DNA of 52,455 bases, taken from positions 1 to 52,455 of IMG/VR virus record IMGVR_UViG_3300037962_000290. The stretch is one strand, 5' to 3'. Made by a program: the position numbers and the translations under genes. Position 1 is the first letter of the stretch, and every line of letters starts with the position of its first letter. The notes beneath the pieces are model-generated. The model was not told the DNA's origin. It made no database searches and was given only the letters and a program-made list of their open reading frames with translations. Below are positions 8,598-18,910 of this stretch, piece after piece. Source of the DNA: a virus. Lineage: Duplodnaviria; Caudoviricetes.

Positions 8598-10121
8598 ATG
8601 GAAGAACAATTAATGATTGATCAACCATTTATAACTGATCCAGACGTTATAGCCCAATTTAATGAACTAGGTATAGATCCTACAGGCAAAACAGCAGATC
8701 AACTTAACGCTGAAATTGAAACTTTAATGATAAAAAAAGGAGCTACTACTTTTTTTGATCCAAAAGATCCATTAGATTACTTAACATTAGGTCTTGGACT
8801 AACTGGTATTGGAACAGGCGCAGCTGTAGGTATTAAAGGTTTGCGTACTGCTAAGAAAACTGCAGAAGCTGCAACCTTAATGCAAAAAGCTAAAAAATTA
8901 AAAGATTTGTTAAATCCATTTTATAGACGTGGCCCTACACCTGGACCAACAGTAACCCCGTTATCTCCGCCAGGACCAGCCTATTCAACCTTAATTAATC
9001 CAACCATACCTATTGGTATTAAGACACCACAAGGACTTATATATTCTGCGGGTGGCATCAAGGCTGCAGATGAAGCCTTGGAAGAAACAAGGCTAGCAGA
9101 TCAGGCTGCCTTAATTCAAGATGACATCAACGCTCTTAAAATAGAAGAGATAGGAATAGCCGACCAAGTTATAGAAGATGTCCAAAAAAATCTTGAAGCA
9201 CAAAAAAGTGAAGATAGTAAAGCAGCTGATGTAGCTGCTAGTTCTTTAGAAAAACCCACAGATAAAGTTACAGAACAAACAGACAGACCAAGCATTTCAG
9301 ATATTTTTGGTACACCACAGTTTGATAGATTTATTCGTAACGTAGGTGCTAAGTTAGTTGAAACAGGACAAGTCGGCGCAGGTCTTGCTCAAGGTGCCGC
9401 AGCAGCGGCAGAAGAAAGAGCTGCTGAAGAATTAGCACTACAACTTAAACTTATAGAAGCTGGCAAAAAAGAAGGAATCACAGCAAATAAGTTGTCTGAA
9501 ATTCGTCTTGAGTATCAAAATACTGCTAGTGAGTTTTCAAAAACTGCAGGCACAGAAAAATTATTATTTGATGTTATTGATATTATTAACAAGGGTAATG
9601 TTACAGGACTTCCTGCTTTGGTTGAGCAAATTAAATATAGATTTGGTGCTTTCTTTAATTATGATCAAAATGTACCTCCTGTTATAACTGCAGCTAATAT
9701 ATTAGAAGAAATTGCAAAAGCAAAACCAAAAGATGCAATAGGACAAGAAGGTAAATTATCAGATCAAGATATTATAATGGCACAGCAGATTATGGGCGCT
9801 ATTAAAAATGCAGATGGTTCATTTAAAACTAACCAAGAGGTAGAAGATATTTTACGTAGAAGACTAAGTGAAATAGGCACTGATCAAATTAATAAATTAA
9901 ATAAAATTAATGAATTAGAGTATCAAATAAGAAGAGCTGGTGATATACCGCCTGTTATAATTACAGACTTTTCAAGTGGTAGTGGTGTCACACCTGAATC
10001 AACAAACCAAGACGAAATTAATATTAAATTACAACCCGAAGAAGATGATACTGTAACTACTGATGAAAATAAAAAATATTCATTTGGTAGTGGTGGGGTC
10101 TACGTACCACAATCAGGGTAA
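8598..10121 (+). CDS. Putative internal virion/ejection protein
   Basis: 507 aa, helical, tightly coupled within the late operon. Confidence 0.5.
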   Translation: MEEQLMIDQPFITDPDVIAQFNELGIDPTGKTADQLNAEIETLMIKKGATTFFDPKDPLDYLTLGLGLTGIGTGAAVGIKGLRTAKKTAEAATLMQKAKKLKDLLNPFYRRGPTPGPTVTPLSPPGPAYSTLINPTIPIGIKTPQGLIYSAGGIKAADEALEETRLADQAALIQDDINALKIEEIGIADQVIEDVQKNLEAQKSEDSKAADVAASSLEKPTDKVTEQTDRPSISDIFGTPQFDRFIRNVGAKLVETGQVGAGLAQGAAAAAEERAAEELALQLKLIEAGKKEGITANKLSEIRLEYQNTASEFSKTAGTEKLLFDVIDIINKGNVTGLPALVEQIKYRFGAFFNYDQNVPPVITAANILEEIAKAKPKDAIGQEGKLSDQDIIMAQQIMGAIKNADGSFKTNQEVEDILRRRLSEIGTDQINKLNKINELEYQIRRAGDIPPVIITDFSSGSGVTPESTNQDEINIKLQPEEDDTVTTDENKKYSFGSGGVYVPQSG

Positions 10122-10126
10122 TATAT

Positions 10127-13100
10127 ATGCCGTTATACAAAGTAGAAATAGCTCCAGGTGTTTTTGAAAGAGTTGAAGCTGCAAACCCTAGTGATGCAAG
10201 AAAGCTAGTAAAAGCACAAATCATGAAGGGTACTTTAAACCCAGTTATAAATGATTTATTTTTTGATTCTGAAACAGGCGTAGATGATTTACAAATAAGA
10301 CGTTTATTATCAAGAGCGGAAACCTACGAAGAAAAGGAATCAGTATTAAGAAACTATGTTGGGTCATCTGGGTTTACTAGAACTTCAGATGGACAACTTG
10401 CTTTAACACCTACTGGATTAAGAGCAAGAGGGCAGCCAGTTCAAACAAAAACTCTTAATGACGGTACCGTATTAGAATTAAATACAATTATAGACGCTAA
10501 CAAATTTGAAGGCAGAGCAGATATTGCTGACTTTGCAGGAATAGCAGGACCCGTTATAGGAAGTGTGTATGGTGTTTTACCGCAAAGTAGACTGTACAAA
10601 GGACTTAGAGGTTTGTCAGGAGGTAATGTTCGTTTTCAAAGAATTTTAGGTTCGGGCTTTGGGGGAGCAGGCGGTAAGGGTATTGAAGAGGTTGCAGATG
10701 CAGTGCAAGGTTTTCAACTACAAGATGCACAAGATTTAGCTTATTTGGGAATTGGTGAGTTAGCTCTAGGGGCTGGCGGTCAAGCAGTTGGTGAAGGTGC
10801 AGCAGCGTTATATAGAATGCATTTTGGCGCAAAAGCCCCAATATCCACACAAAGGTTAGCAAATCAAGCCGCAAAGGGTAGAGATGTGTTAGATATTAAA
10901 AAATTAGACGAATCTCTTGGCAAAGAAGCAACTGAAGCACAAATAAAAAAAGCTGTAGCAGAGGGTAAAGTTAAATCATTAGACTCAAGTTATGCGATTG
11001 CTTTACAAGGATTAGATGTAAATTTAGGTGCGAGAACACAACAAATAGCAGAGGCGGTTCTTAAGTCATCAAGAGAAAAAGGCAACATAAATTATTTAAA
11101 AGAATTATTTGACACTATGACAGATTCTTTTAGAAAAAGAGGAGCAACCTTAAATGCTTATGTAGATGATGTTACTGCAGACAGTATTGGTCAAACCATT
11201 AATCAAACAAAAAGAAATTTAGAAATGGCAACGAATGAAGCAGCAAAGGTTACAAAAAATACCGTTGAAGATTTAGCTGATAGTTTTATTGCTACTGCTC
11301 CATACAGAGATGCTCCTGGTATGAGAGAATACGGAGAGCAGGTTTTAGATTTACTTGGTAATGCAAAAGGTGTTGTTAATAGACAAGTTGGTGATATGTA
11401 CGATGCAGTAGATGATGCCTTTTTTAGCGTGGCAAAATATGACGGTCTAAATCCAGCTAATGCTACGGCAAAAGCTATAGAAAACGTGATTGACCATTAC
11501 AAACGCAAAGGTATACAAGCAATAGACTATTTCAAAGCGAGACAGGGTATAGATCCTAAACTTAAGCTTGGTGGATTAGAAGATCCGATTGGAGATATTA
11601 ACGTTAGAAATGTTTTGGAGGCAGAACAAGAAATAAGAAATTTAGGCAGACCTTTACCACGATTTGACCAAGACTTTGCTGAAATGCAACCTTTTGGTAA
11701 ATTAACAAGGGTTTTGGAAACAAAAAGAAAATTAAATGCTTTTATATCGCAAGCAAATGACTCGAAAGAAAGAGAACTATTTTACACTTTAACAAGATTA
11801 CTTGATGATGCTGACTTACACGCTTTAAAAGGTGAAGATTTTTTAAAAAATAATCCAAAGGAAGCAGATAGCATATTTACTGTTTTGGGGCTAAACGGCA
11901 GAGAAATTATTAAATTAGAAAATGCTAAAGGTAAAAACATTTTTGGTACTATGTCTTTTGATGAAATAAAAAAAATTAATGAAAGTATTGATTTATTAAG
12001 AGAAGCAGACAGACTAAATGCAAAATTAAATGAACCTTTTAAAAATGCAACAATCAAAAATATCACAAATGCTGCTAGAGGCACAGGAGCTTTTGATCCT
12101 GATGAGGTTTACGATAAACTAATATTTAATGGTTCACTCAGACAATTAGATGATTTCTTTAAGGCAGTAGACGATTACGATAAATATTTAAAAAATCATG
12201 ATAAAGCTGAGTTTGCAACAAACCTCAATAGAGTAAAAACACAAACTGCACAAAAATTGTTTGCTAATGCTTTTGACAAAAGCATAGATCCTGTTACAGA
12301 TATGTTAAATTACACTGCTTTTGCAAAAGAAATATTAAAATTTGAATCTAAACATCCAGGAAAAATAAATTCTTTATTTAAAGCATCTGATGGCACATCA
12401 AGCGGTCCAACAATATTAAAAACTATAAATCAATTAATAAAAGTAGCTCCAAAACTAAAATCTACTGATGTTGAGGATTTAGTAAAAGTTTTTAGAGGAC
12501 AAGACGGCTTAAGCACAACACCTAAAGGCAGAGCTTTTATTAATGCTTTAGAGGCACAAGCCAAAGCATCAGCTAGAGAAGCTGATTTGTTAGCTAACCG
12601 TAATCTCTCAGAATTGCCAAACAGAACTCCTAGCGAAATTGTAGAAACAATTTTTAGGCCAAAAAATAGTGAAAATATTGCAAGGCTAAAAAATATGATG
12701 GAACCAGATGACTTTGCAAAAGTACAGGAAGCTAGCATCGGAAGGCTTTTAGAGGATGCTATTGATTACAACGTCAAAGGTGGTAACGTAACAGATATTT
12801 TTAAAGCAAAAAACTTAAACAAAGCCTTGGATCAATATAGTGATGAAACATTAGAAGCTATGTTTGGTAAAGAATTTACAAAAGACTTAAAACATTTTGC
12901 TGATACGATTGACGTATTAACAAAAGGAGAAATAGGTAGAGGCAACTTTCCTGGTGCTATAGTGGCTGCTGGTATTGGTGCCGCTATAATATTTCAACCA
13001 CTTGCATCTTTATCTACACTTGCAGGTTTAGAAGTTGCTAAAAGATTATTAGGTAGTAAACTTTTTATTAAGTATGCATCAAAAACAGATAAAGGATCAA

Positions 13101-13387
13101 TCGCTCAAGCATTTGAAATTTTTAGAAGAATAACAGCACAGCTTGGTTATAGGTATGTTAATGGCGAACTAATAAAAGGAACAGAAACTATAACTAATTT
13201 ATTAGAAGAAAACATACCAGATTTTAGTGAAACAGATATTGTAGAACAACCCGAACAGACTAGAGCACCTCAAGTTAATATAAGCTTACCGCAGGTTGCA
13301 CCTGTACAAATTTCTGATCCATTAAGACAAGCACAGCAAGACAGAATAGAATTTGCTGAACGTCTATTTAGAAGACCTGTTATATAA
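10127..13387 (+). CDS. Large internal virion/DNA transfer protein
   Basis: 1086 aa, alpha-helical, Gly-rich hydrophobic segments; last gene of the late operon, as in podovirus ejectosome modules. Confidence 0.6.
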   Translation: MPLYKVEIAPGVFERVEAANPSDARKLVKAQIMKGTLNPVINDLFFDSETGVDDLQIRRLLSRAETYEEKESVLRNYVGSSGFTRTSDGQLALTPTGLRARGQPVQTKTLNDGTVLELNTIIDANKFEGRADIADFAGIAGPVIGSVYGVLPQSRLYKGLRGLSGGNVRFQRILGSGFGGAGGKGIEEVADAVQGFQLQDAQDLAYLGIGELALGAGGQAVGEGAAALYRMHFGAKAPISTQRLANQAAKGRDVLDIKKLDESLGKEATEAQIKKAVAEGKVKSLDSSYAIALQGLDVNLGARTQQIAEAVLKSSREKGNINYLKELFDTMTDSFRKRGATLNAYVDDVTADSIGQTINQTKRNLEMATNEAAKVTKNTVEDLADSFIATAPYRDAPGMREYGEQVLDLLGNAKGVVNRQVGDMYDAVDDAFFSVAKYDGLNPANATAKAIENVIDHYKRKGIQAIDYFKARQGIDPKLKLGGLEDPIGDINVRNVLEAEQEIRNLGRPLPRFDQDFAEMQPFGKLTRVLETKRKLNAFISQANDSKERELFYTLTRLLDDADLHALKGEDFLKNNPKEADSIFTVLGLNGREIIKLENAKGKNIFGTMSFDEIKKINESIDLLREADRLNAKLNEPFKNATIKNITNAARGTGAFDPDEVYDKLIFNGSLRQLDDFFKAVDDYDKYLKNHDKAEFATNLNRVKTQTAQKLFANAFDKSIDPVTDMLNYTAFAKEILKFESKHPGKINSLFKASDGTSSGPTILKTINQLIKVAPKLKSTDVEDLVKVFRGQDGLSTTPKGRAFINALEAQAKASAREADLLANRNLSELPNRTPSEIVETIFRPKNSENIARLKNMMEPDDFAKVQEASIGRLLEDAIDYNVKGGNVTDIFKAKNLNKALDQYSDETLEAMFGKEFTKDLKHFADTIDVLTKGEIGRGNFPGAIVAAGIGAAIIFQPLASLSTLAGLEVAKRLLGSKLFIKYASKTDKGSIAQAFEIFRRITAQLGYRYVNGELIKGTETITNLLEENIPDFSETDIVEQPEQTRAPQVNISLPQVAPVQISDPLRQAQQDRIEFAERLFRRPVI

Positions 13388-13847
13388 GTCCTATCTCATC
13401 CCTATCAAAACCCAACGGTACATCTGATAAACATGTTAAATGTTCTTTTGGTATGTGTATGTATGGTTCGTTATCCTCATCATAATTAGGTGTTGGATTG
13501 ATATTCATACGTATATCGTAAACGTGATCTGGCATCCATTCATGCATCCAGATACCGTCCGTCATACCGTACACAGTTATAAACGGATAGCCTGTAGATT
13601 GACTAAACGAAGCACCTTTACGTAGTTTATTTGCAGATAGGATAAAGGTATCGTATTTAGTGCTAGCAAAACTACGGCATTTGATTTCACACCAATACCA
13701 TTTATCGGCTGATTCTATCCAATAATCTATACCGTAACTAACTGGTAGTTTATGACAGCTTACTTGCCAAAGGCCTTCTAAAAAACCTGCTACTCTATCT
13801 TCTCTTTTTTTATCTTGTATTGTTTCAAAACTTGGTGTTTTAAACAT
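13380..13847 (-). CDS. PD-(D/E)XK-family nuclease
   Basis: E...IDY...CEIKCR catalytic pattern; GGAGG RBS. Confidence 0.6.
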   Translation of the reverse strand: MFKTPSFETIQDKKREDRVAGFLEGLWQVSCHKLPVSYGIDYWIESADKWYWCEIKCRSFASTKYDTFILSANKLRKGASFSQSTGYPFITVYGMTDGIWMHEWMPDHVYDIRMNINPTPNYDEDNEPYIHIPKEHLTCLSDVPLGFDRDEIGLI

Positions 13848-13856
13848 AATTACCTC

Positions 13857-15980
13857 CTACTCTTCAAAGAATGTAGGATCAACAGCAACAAACCTTTTAG
13901 TCGGTCTACCTTTGCCCCCTACTTTTATATCTATTTCCTGGATCTCTCCAGCGTTTTTAAGTCTTTCTATAATCTCTTTAACCTCATGTGACTTCATGCT
14001 TCTAAATAATTCATGACGGTCAACCTCTCTTTTAGATATGCCCTCGCTCTCCCTAGACCTGATATAAGACAATACTTGCTTAATCTTAGCTTCGGTTGCA
14101 GAACTTGCTACTTTGTCTCTACAGGCTTCTATAAAGAGCATATCGTAATATCTAACATAATCTATTGCCCACTTAGTTACGTCCGCTGTAATCGTTGGTG
14201 TCTGAGCATTTGATGCTAAGGCACATATTAGAGCCAATCGCATAGCTTTTTCCTTAGAACGGCTTAGAAGCGGCTCTAGGCCATCTCTTTCTAATATATC
14301 TTGTCTTTGTACTATTTCACTAGCAAACTCTTGTAATAACTGCTCTGAATCGTGATCAAAGGCTAAAACCTCTTGCGGTATGTTATATTCAGAGTTATTT
14401 ACCATAGGGGCTGACAAGCCACCTCTATCTCTCCTAATATAATTTACCCAGTTGACTATTGTTAGTGGCGGGCTTTTTATCTTTTTAAGATTAGATACAC
14501 GTCTTGGTTCTTTAGACTCTATAACCATAAACCTATTTAAAAAACCGTCTGCAATACGACCAGAGTTCAGAGCTTTATAAAAGTTTTTGGGTACAGATAA
14601 ACCAACCATAGTTATAGCAGGTTTATGTGTCACACGATTCATAATCTTTTCTTTTATGTCTTCTACTTGTATGCCCATTAAAGAATAATTATCTGGTCTT
14701 AAGGTGCCGTGACATCTACCCCAAGCTTCCATAAGTGTTTGTATGCCGTCTTCTTTGTTAGTATTACCAGCTTGGCTTATGCTTTCTAATCTTTTACCAA
14801 ACTCGTCCATAATAGTTATATGTGTCGGTCTCATCTTCAATACTGAATGAACTGCACCACTAGAGGTATAGCCGTCTCCTACTATTAATTTATCGTGTTC
14901 AGAAGCGTTTAAAACTGCTTCAACAAAGGTTTTTATGTTTTCCTTGCCCTGTCCTGACTTAGCAATACACATGAAATACATACTAGAAAAGTTATTCATG
15001 TCTGTTTTAAATATCCTGCCACAAACAACACTAGCAAGTGATAGAGCGGCCACCAAAGATAATTCAGGTTGTGATACTTGTGCTATCTCCTCTGCATACT
15101 CATACATATCTTTTAGCAGTCCTGGTGGATTAAATAAATCATCAGGCGGTCTTATATCTTCTTTGGTTTGCACAAACAGAGGAGCTATCTGATTTTTTCT
15201 ATCGTGTGTTTTTTTTACATTATCTACAACTGAATCTATTTCTTGTTGTGGTAAAGGTGGTTTATTATCCCTATTCCAATTGTGTAAAAATATTCTTACA
15301 AAGTCTAGGTTAAGGTTTTTGGATATTAAATACCCCGCAATACGTGCAGCATTATCGTTTCTTGATCCCTCATTAACACCGTGTAAAGAAAAAGGAGCTG
15401 TTTTTTTAGCGGTATCATGTTTTGGTACTCCAGTTATTTTCTCAAACTCTTTTGGAGTAAAGTCTGGTAAATCTTTGTGATCAAAAATATCCCAACCTGG
15501 TAGAGGTATTGGCTTATACATTTGACCGTTTGCATGACGGTTATATGGAGCAATTATAAGTCCGCCAACACCCCTTAAATCTATCAACCTTTCAACAGGC
15601 GTATCGTTTGTTCTTCTTGTAGCAAAGGTGGTGTAATTTTCTGGATTATTGTAATAATAATGCATACCCTTACCAGTCCTAACTTTGTATGGACAGGTAG
15701 GTAAATTTTCTTCTACCCAAGTCATAGCTTCTGGAGAGTCTGCGTCTACAACAATAAATTTACCACAAACTAAAGCTACAACTAAGTTATCGCGATCAGT
15801 AAACCACTCCTCAACGGTGGATCTACAAGGCCTTTCGTTTTTGTATTGCTCCCAACCTTTTAAAAAAGGCGGAGGTTTTTTGTTAGATCTTTGTAGAGGT
15901 ACAACATTATATCCCTCATCATAATAAGCCAGTGCAATATCTAACGCTGCCTCTCCCTCAGACAGATTAAAATTAAACAT
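13857..15980 (-). CDS. Bifunctional primase-polymerase (Prim-Pol/PriCT) fused to a P-loop helicase-like domain
   Basis: VVDAD, TGKGMHYYY, IDLRGVGGLIIAP (Prim-Pol); EGSRND (PriCT); AKSGQGKE and IMDEFG (Walker A/B). Confidence 0.9.
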   Translation of the reverse strand: MFNFNLSEGEAALDIALAYYDEGYNVVPLQRSNKKPPPFLKGWEQYKNERPCRSTVEEWFTDRDNLVVALVCGKFIVVDADSPEAMTWVEENLPTCPYKVRTGKGMHYYYNNPENYTTFATRRTNDTPVERLIDLRGVGGLIIAPYNRHANGQMYKPIPLPGWDIFDHKDLPDFTPKEFEKITGVPKHDTAKKTAPFSLHGVNEGSRNDNAARIAGYLISKNLNLDFVRIFLHNWNRDNKPPLPQQEIDSVVDNVKKTHDRKNQIAPLFVQTKEDIRPPDDLFNPPGLLKDMYEYAEEIAQVSQPELSLVAALSLASVVCGRIFKTDMNNFSSMYFMCIAKSGQGKENIKTFVEAVLNASEHDKLIVGDGYTSSGAVHSVLKMRPTHITIMDEFGKRLESISQAGNTNKEDGIQTLMEAWGRCHGTLRPDNYSLMGIQVEDIKEKIMNRVTHKPAITMVGLSVPKNFYKALNSGRIADGFLNRFMVIESKEPRRVSNLKKIKSPPLTIVNWVNYIRRDRGGLSAPMVNNSEYNIPQEVLAFDHDSEQLLQEFASEIVQRQDILERDGLEPLLSRSKEKAMRLALICALASNAQTPTITADVTKWAIDYVRYYDMLFIEACRDKVASSATEAKIKQVLSYIRSRESEGISKREVDRHELFRSMKSHEVKEIIERLKNAGEIQEIDIKVGGKGRPTKRFVAVDPTFFEE

Positions 15981-15983
15981 GTT

Positions 15984-16322
15984 TTAATCTTCTGCAATTA
16001 ATTCATCTAGTGAGCCGTATATTGACTCCCAATCTAGCCTACCGCTAGTTAATTTAATTATACGTTTTGCTTGTTTTACAGACGGTTGCCTATGTCCATA
16101 CCTCCAAGCCTCTACTGTATGTTCTGAAACATCCCAGTCCTTAGCTGCTTTTTCTTTTCCTAAAAATTGTATATACATAGGTAAAGTAATTCTTTCTACT
16201 TTTCTATCTTTATATTTTGGTGTGATGCCCATACTTTCTAACCTCCTTAGTTTTTCTCGCGATATTGAATTTAGTCTGTGGTAGTAATTTGCAATCCATT
16301 GTAGACTTTCTATTTCCTCCAT
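15984..16322 (-). CDS. Cro-like helix-turn-helix transcriptional regulator
   Basis: GKEKAAKDWDVSEHTVEAWRYGHRQPS is an XRE/Cro-type HTH. Confidence 0.75.
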   Translation of the reverse strand: MEEIESLQWIANYYHRLNSISREKLRRLESMGITPKYKDRKVERITLPMYIQFLGKEKAAKDWDVSEHTVEAWRYGHRQPSVKQAKRIIKLTSGRLDWESIYGSLDELIAED

Positions 16323-16344
16323 TTTACTCTCCTGAAAAATTAAT

Positions 16345-16374
16345 TTTACACATTGTAATCTTTTAGTGTATAAT
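16345..16374 (+). promoter_or_regulatory. Sigma70-like promoter overlapping the palindrome TTACA-N3-TGTAA
   Basis: TTTACA-18-TATAAT in the divergent gap; palindrome at 16346-16358. Confidence 0.6.
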
Positions 16375-16411
16375 TAGCAAATCAATTATTTATTTACGGA
16401 GGACCCATATT

Positions 16412-17152
16412 ATGAATAATGATTTATCGAGCAGGATTGTAACGCCTGAAAAGTTAGTCCAAGATCAAGGAGCAAAAGTTCTTGTGTATGGAATGGCTGG
16501 AGCAGGTAAAACATCTCTTGCTAAAACTGCACCAGGTAAGGTGTTAGTAATTAGTGCTGAAGCAGGATTGTTATCTATTAAAGATGCAACTAATGTTGAT
16601 GCTATAGAAGTGAAAGAAGCTTCTGAACTTATGCAACTTCATGAGTTGCTCAATACTGGACAACTTCAATACGATACGGTTTGTCTTGACTCTATATCAG
16701 AGATTAGCGAACTGTTATTGCAACAGGAGAAAGCCAGACACAAAGATCCTCGTAAGGCATACGGGGAGGTACAAGAATCTGTAACAAATGTCATGCGTGC
16801 TTTTCGTGATTTACACATGCACGTTATGTTTATTTGTAAAGAAGAAAAGGTAAATAGTGACGGTATCTTTATGCACGAACCTAAAATGGTTGGTACAAAG
16901 TTAGGTCAGTCCATTACTTATTTCTTTGATGAAGTCTTAGCTCTTAGAGTTATTGACGATACAGACGCGGAGGGTAATGCAGTTCAGGCCAGATGGTTGC
17001 AAACCAGAGTTGGCCAAGGCTACGTTGCCAAGGATAGGAGTGGTAAGTTAGAAGCTTTTGAGGTTCCAGATCTTACTGCATTAATACAAAAGCTAGGCTT
17101 TACGGCTGTAGCAAACAACACAGATAATGTGAAGGAGATAACAAATGTCTGA
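16412..17152 (+). CDS. sak4: Sak4-like AAA ATPase / single-strand annealing recombinase
   Basis: YGMAGAGKT Walker A, CLDSISE Walker B, AKDRSGKL C-terminal motif; followed by an SSB-like gene. Confidence 0.8.
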   Translation: MNNDLSSRIVTPEKLVQDQGAKVLVYGMAGAGKTSLAKTAPGKVLVISAEAGLLSIKDATNVDAIEVKEASELMQLHELLNTGQLQYDTVCLDSISEISELLLQQEKARHKDPRKAYGEVQESVTNVMRAFRDLHMHVMFICKEEKVNSDGIFMHEPKMVGTKLGQSITYFFDEVLALRVIDDTDAEGNAVQARWLQTRVGQGYVAKDRSGKLEAFEVPDLTALIQKLGFTAVANNTDNVKEITNV

Positions 17153-17612
17153 CTTTGATGACATTACGTATGTTGAGGTGGAGGACAAACCTGCGGGGCC
17201 TGGAGTGGCTCCGTCTGGCGACCACCCTGCAAAGATTATCCAAGCTGAGAAGTATAAATCTCAAAAGGGTAATTGGACACTAAAGATGACTTTCCAGATA
17301 GCTGGGGGTAATTATAGAGATCACAATGAGTGGTTTAACTTGTGGGATCCTAGAGAAGAAATCAAACAAATATCAACAGATATATTTACTAGACTTAGTA
17401 AGGCTGTTGGTTTTGTAAAACAACCACCTAGTTCTGCTCAGGACTATGTAGGCAAGGAGCTTACACTCACTCTTAAGGAAGTTGAAAACAACTGGACTGA
17501 TGATGAGGGTAATGAGAGAACTGGTAGTAAAAATAAAGTTTTACGCTATTTACCTGCGGATACTGGTGGTATGTCGCCACCCCCTGCGGCAGTTCCACCC
17601 GATCTGGGATAA
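17145..17612 (+). CDS. Phage single-stranded DNA-binding protein (DUF669-like)
   Basis: PSGDHPAKIIQAE..SQKGNWTLKMTFQI; Pro-rich tail; Sak4 neighbour. Confidence 0.7.
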   Translation: MSDFDDITYVEVEDKPAGPGVAPSGDHPAKIIQAEKYKSQKGNWTLKMTFQIAGGNYRDHNEWFNLWDPREEIKQISTDIFTRLSKAVGFVKQPPSSAQDYVGKELTLTLKEVENNWTDDEGNERTGSKNKVLRYLPADTGGMSPPPAAVPPDLG

Positions 17613-17616
17613 AACT

Positions 17617-17639
17617 AAGGGGCGTTAAGCCCCTTTTTT
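17617..17639 (+). terminator. Rho-independent terminator
   Basis: AAGGGGC-GTTAA-GCCCCTT hairpin with T tract after the SSB stop. Confidence 0.85.
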
Positions 17640-17765
17640 ATTGTCTTTGTCTTTTTGTTTTTTTTCTACAAGTAAACAAAATAGCTCATCTTTTTTTTCT
17701 TTTAATACCATTTCAATATACTTGATGTGCTTTTCTAGTTCTTGTATGTCTTTTTCTAAACTCAT
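17625..17765 (-). CDS. Small coiled-coil hypothetical protein (46 aa, not in ORF track)
   Basis: MSLEKDIQELEKHIKYIEMVLKEKKDELF...; ATGA overlap with the upstream 23-aa ORF (17762-17833). Confidence 0.5.
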   Translation of the reverse strand: MSLEKDIQELEKHIKYIEMVLKEKKDELFCLLVEKKQKDKDNKKGA

Positions 17766-17832
17766 CTATTTAAAAATATTTGATGTATAACTAACAATAT
17801 GATACCGACTAAAGCATAAAAACTAAGATCCA

Positions 17833-18057
17833 TTATCTGTTCTCCATTTTGTTTCTTAGCCTGTTTAAATACCATATTGCTTTATCTAAATCCTGGATAT
17901 TATTACCCTTATGATCTTCACGCCAAATGTATTTAAACGCTGCTGCTTTACAATAACCTTTAAACTCTTCAAAGGTAAGAGCCGATTCGATTGCGTCAAT
18001 ACACTCTACAGAACCTTGTTTGGAGTAATGTGGGGGGTGGTTTACATTATCTGTCAT
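17833..18057 (-). CDS. DUF3310 (T7 gp1.7-like nucleotide kinase family) protein
   Basis: DNVNHPPHY...ECIDAI...KYIWR..HK....DLDKAIWYL signature. Confidence 0.85.
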   Translation of the reverse strand: MTDNVNHPPHYSKQGSVECIDAIESALTFEEFKGYCKAAAFKYIWREDHKGNNIQDLDKAIWYLNRLRNKMENR

Positions 18058-18301
18058 TTGGTTGATGCTCCTCTTCTTTTTTTATTTGTTGTTTTAATTC
18101 TTTGATTGTTTTTTTGTACCAAGCAATATGTTTTTTATACACATCATCATCTAAGGAATTAACAAAAGCACTATTGCGTCTATTGTAAAATCTAAGCCAA
18201 GTTTTATAGTAAAATAATTTTTGTTCTTTAGTTGCTTTGTCAATATTTTTAAAATTAAATCTTCCGTCTATTATGTTTTTCCAATTAACTTTTTTTTCCA
18301 T
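18047..18301 (-). CDS. Hypothetical protein
   Basis: GAGGAG RBS; overlaps the next gene. Confidence 0.6.
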   Translation of the reverse strand: MEKKVNWKNIIDGRFNFKNIDKATKEQKLFYYKTWLRFYNRRNSAFVNSLDDDVYKKHIAWYKKTIKELKQQIKKEEEHQPNDR

Positions 18302-18328
18302 TTGGTTGGTACTCCTCTGCTTCTTTAA

Positions 18329-18544
18329 TCATTTTGTTTCCTCAAATGTTTTTATTTTTTTAATTAAATCTTTTATCCACTCTCGTTCTTTTTGTTTTCG
18401 TTGTGTTTCTATAAAAGGGATTGTTTTTACAATCATTCCACGAGCTGTTACTCCAATATCCTCACTAGGCCTCCACAATATTTTTTTTTCATATTGATTT
18501 AAACTTTTCACTATAATTTCTTTTTCTTTTTTAGTCAGATTCAT
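18329..18544 (-). CDS. Hypothetical protein
   Basis: Likely start MNLTKKEK overlapping the upstream gene end. Confidence 0.5.
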   Translation of the reverse strand: MNLTKKEKEIIVKSLNQYEKKILWRPSEDIGVTARGMIVKTIPFIETQRKQKEREWIKDLIKKIKTFEETK

Positions 18545-18764
18545 TTTGTTTTTCCAACATTTTTTCATGCACCATTCTAAGATGAAAGGTATTCATATAT
18601 TTTGATATTTCCTCATAATGGCAATTTATAAGTTGTTTTATTATTTCACTATTTGTGACTCTTTTACTTACTTCAGAATCCTCAAAATAATAATTTTTTA
18701 TGAATAATAAATTTTTACTTGTTTGTGAATCTAACTTAATAGATAAAGATTTAGCTTTATTCAT
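18531..18764 (-). CDS. Hypothetical protein, possible ribbon-helix-helix DNA binder
   Basis: KSLSIKLD...TNSEIIKQLI pattern; GGGGAG RBS. Confidence 0.5.
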   Translation of the reverse strand: MNKAKSLSIKLDSQTSKNLLFIKNYYFEDSEVSKRVTNSEIIKQLINCHYEEISKYMNTFHLRMVHEKMLEKQNESD

Positions 18765-18910
18765 TTTGTTTCTCCCCTTTTACTAGATCTTTCTTCCCAC
18801 ACGTTTTTAAGTTTAGTTATGTCTTTTGTCTTTTTTTTGTTAAATATTCTGTCCCAACCCTTGCTCCATTTATCATGATCGCCAGGCCTAGGTTTACTAC
18901 CTTTACTCAA
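18761..18910 (-). CDS. Small basic hypothetical protein (49 aa, TTG start, not in ORF track)
   Basis: MSKGSKPRPG...WDRIF; fills the gap and overlaps both neighbours. Confidence 0.55.
   Translation of the reverse strand: MSKGSKPRPGDHDKWSKGWDRIFNKKKTKDITKLKNVWEERSSKRGETK

Noticed and set aside
1145-12738. Numerous 60-115 aa minus-strand ORFs inside late genes, and + strand ORFs inside the primase region
   Set aside because: They are fully nested antisense to long genes with recognisable motifs and show no protein signatures of their own.
15984-16411. Lambda-type CI/Cro lysogeny switch
   Set aside because: Only one HTH gene is present, the divergent gene is Sak4, and no CI peptidase domain or integrase was recognised.
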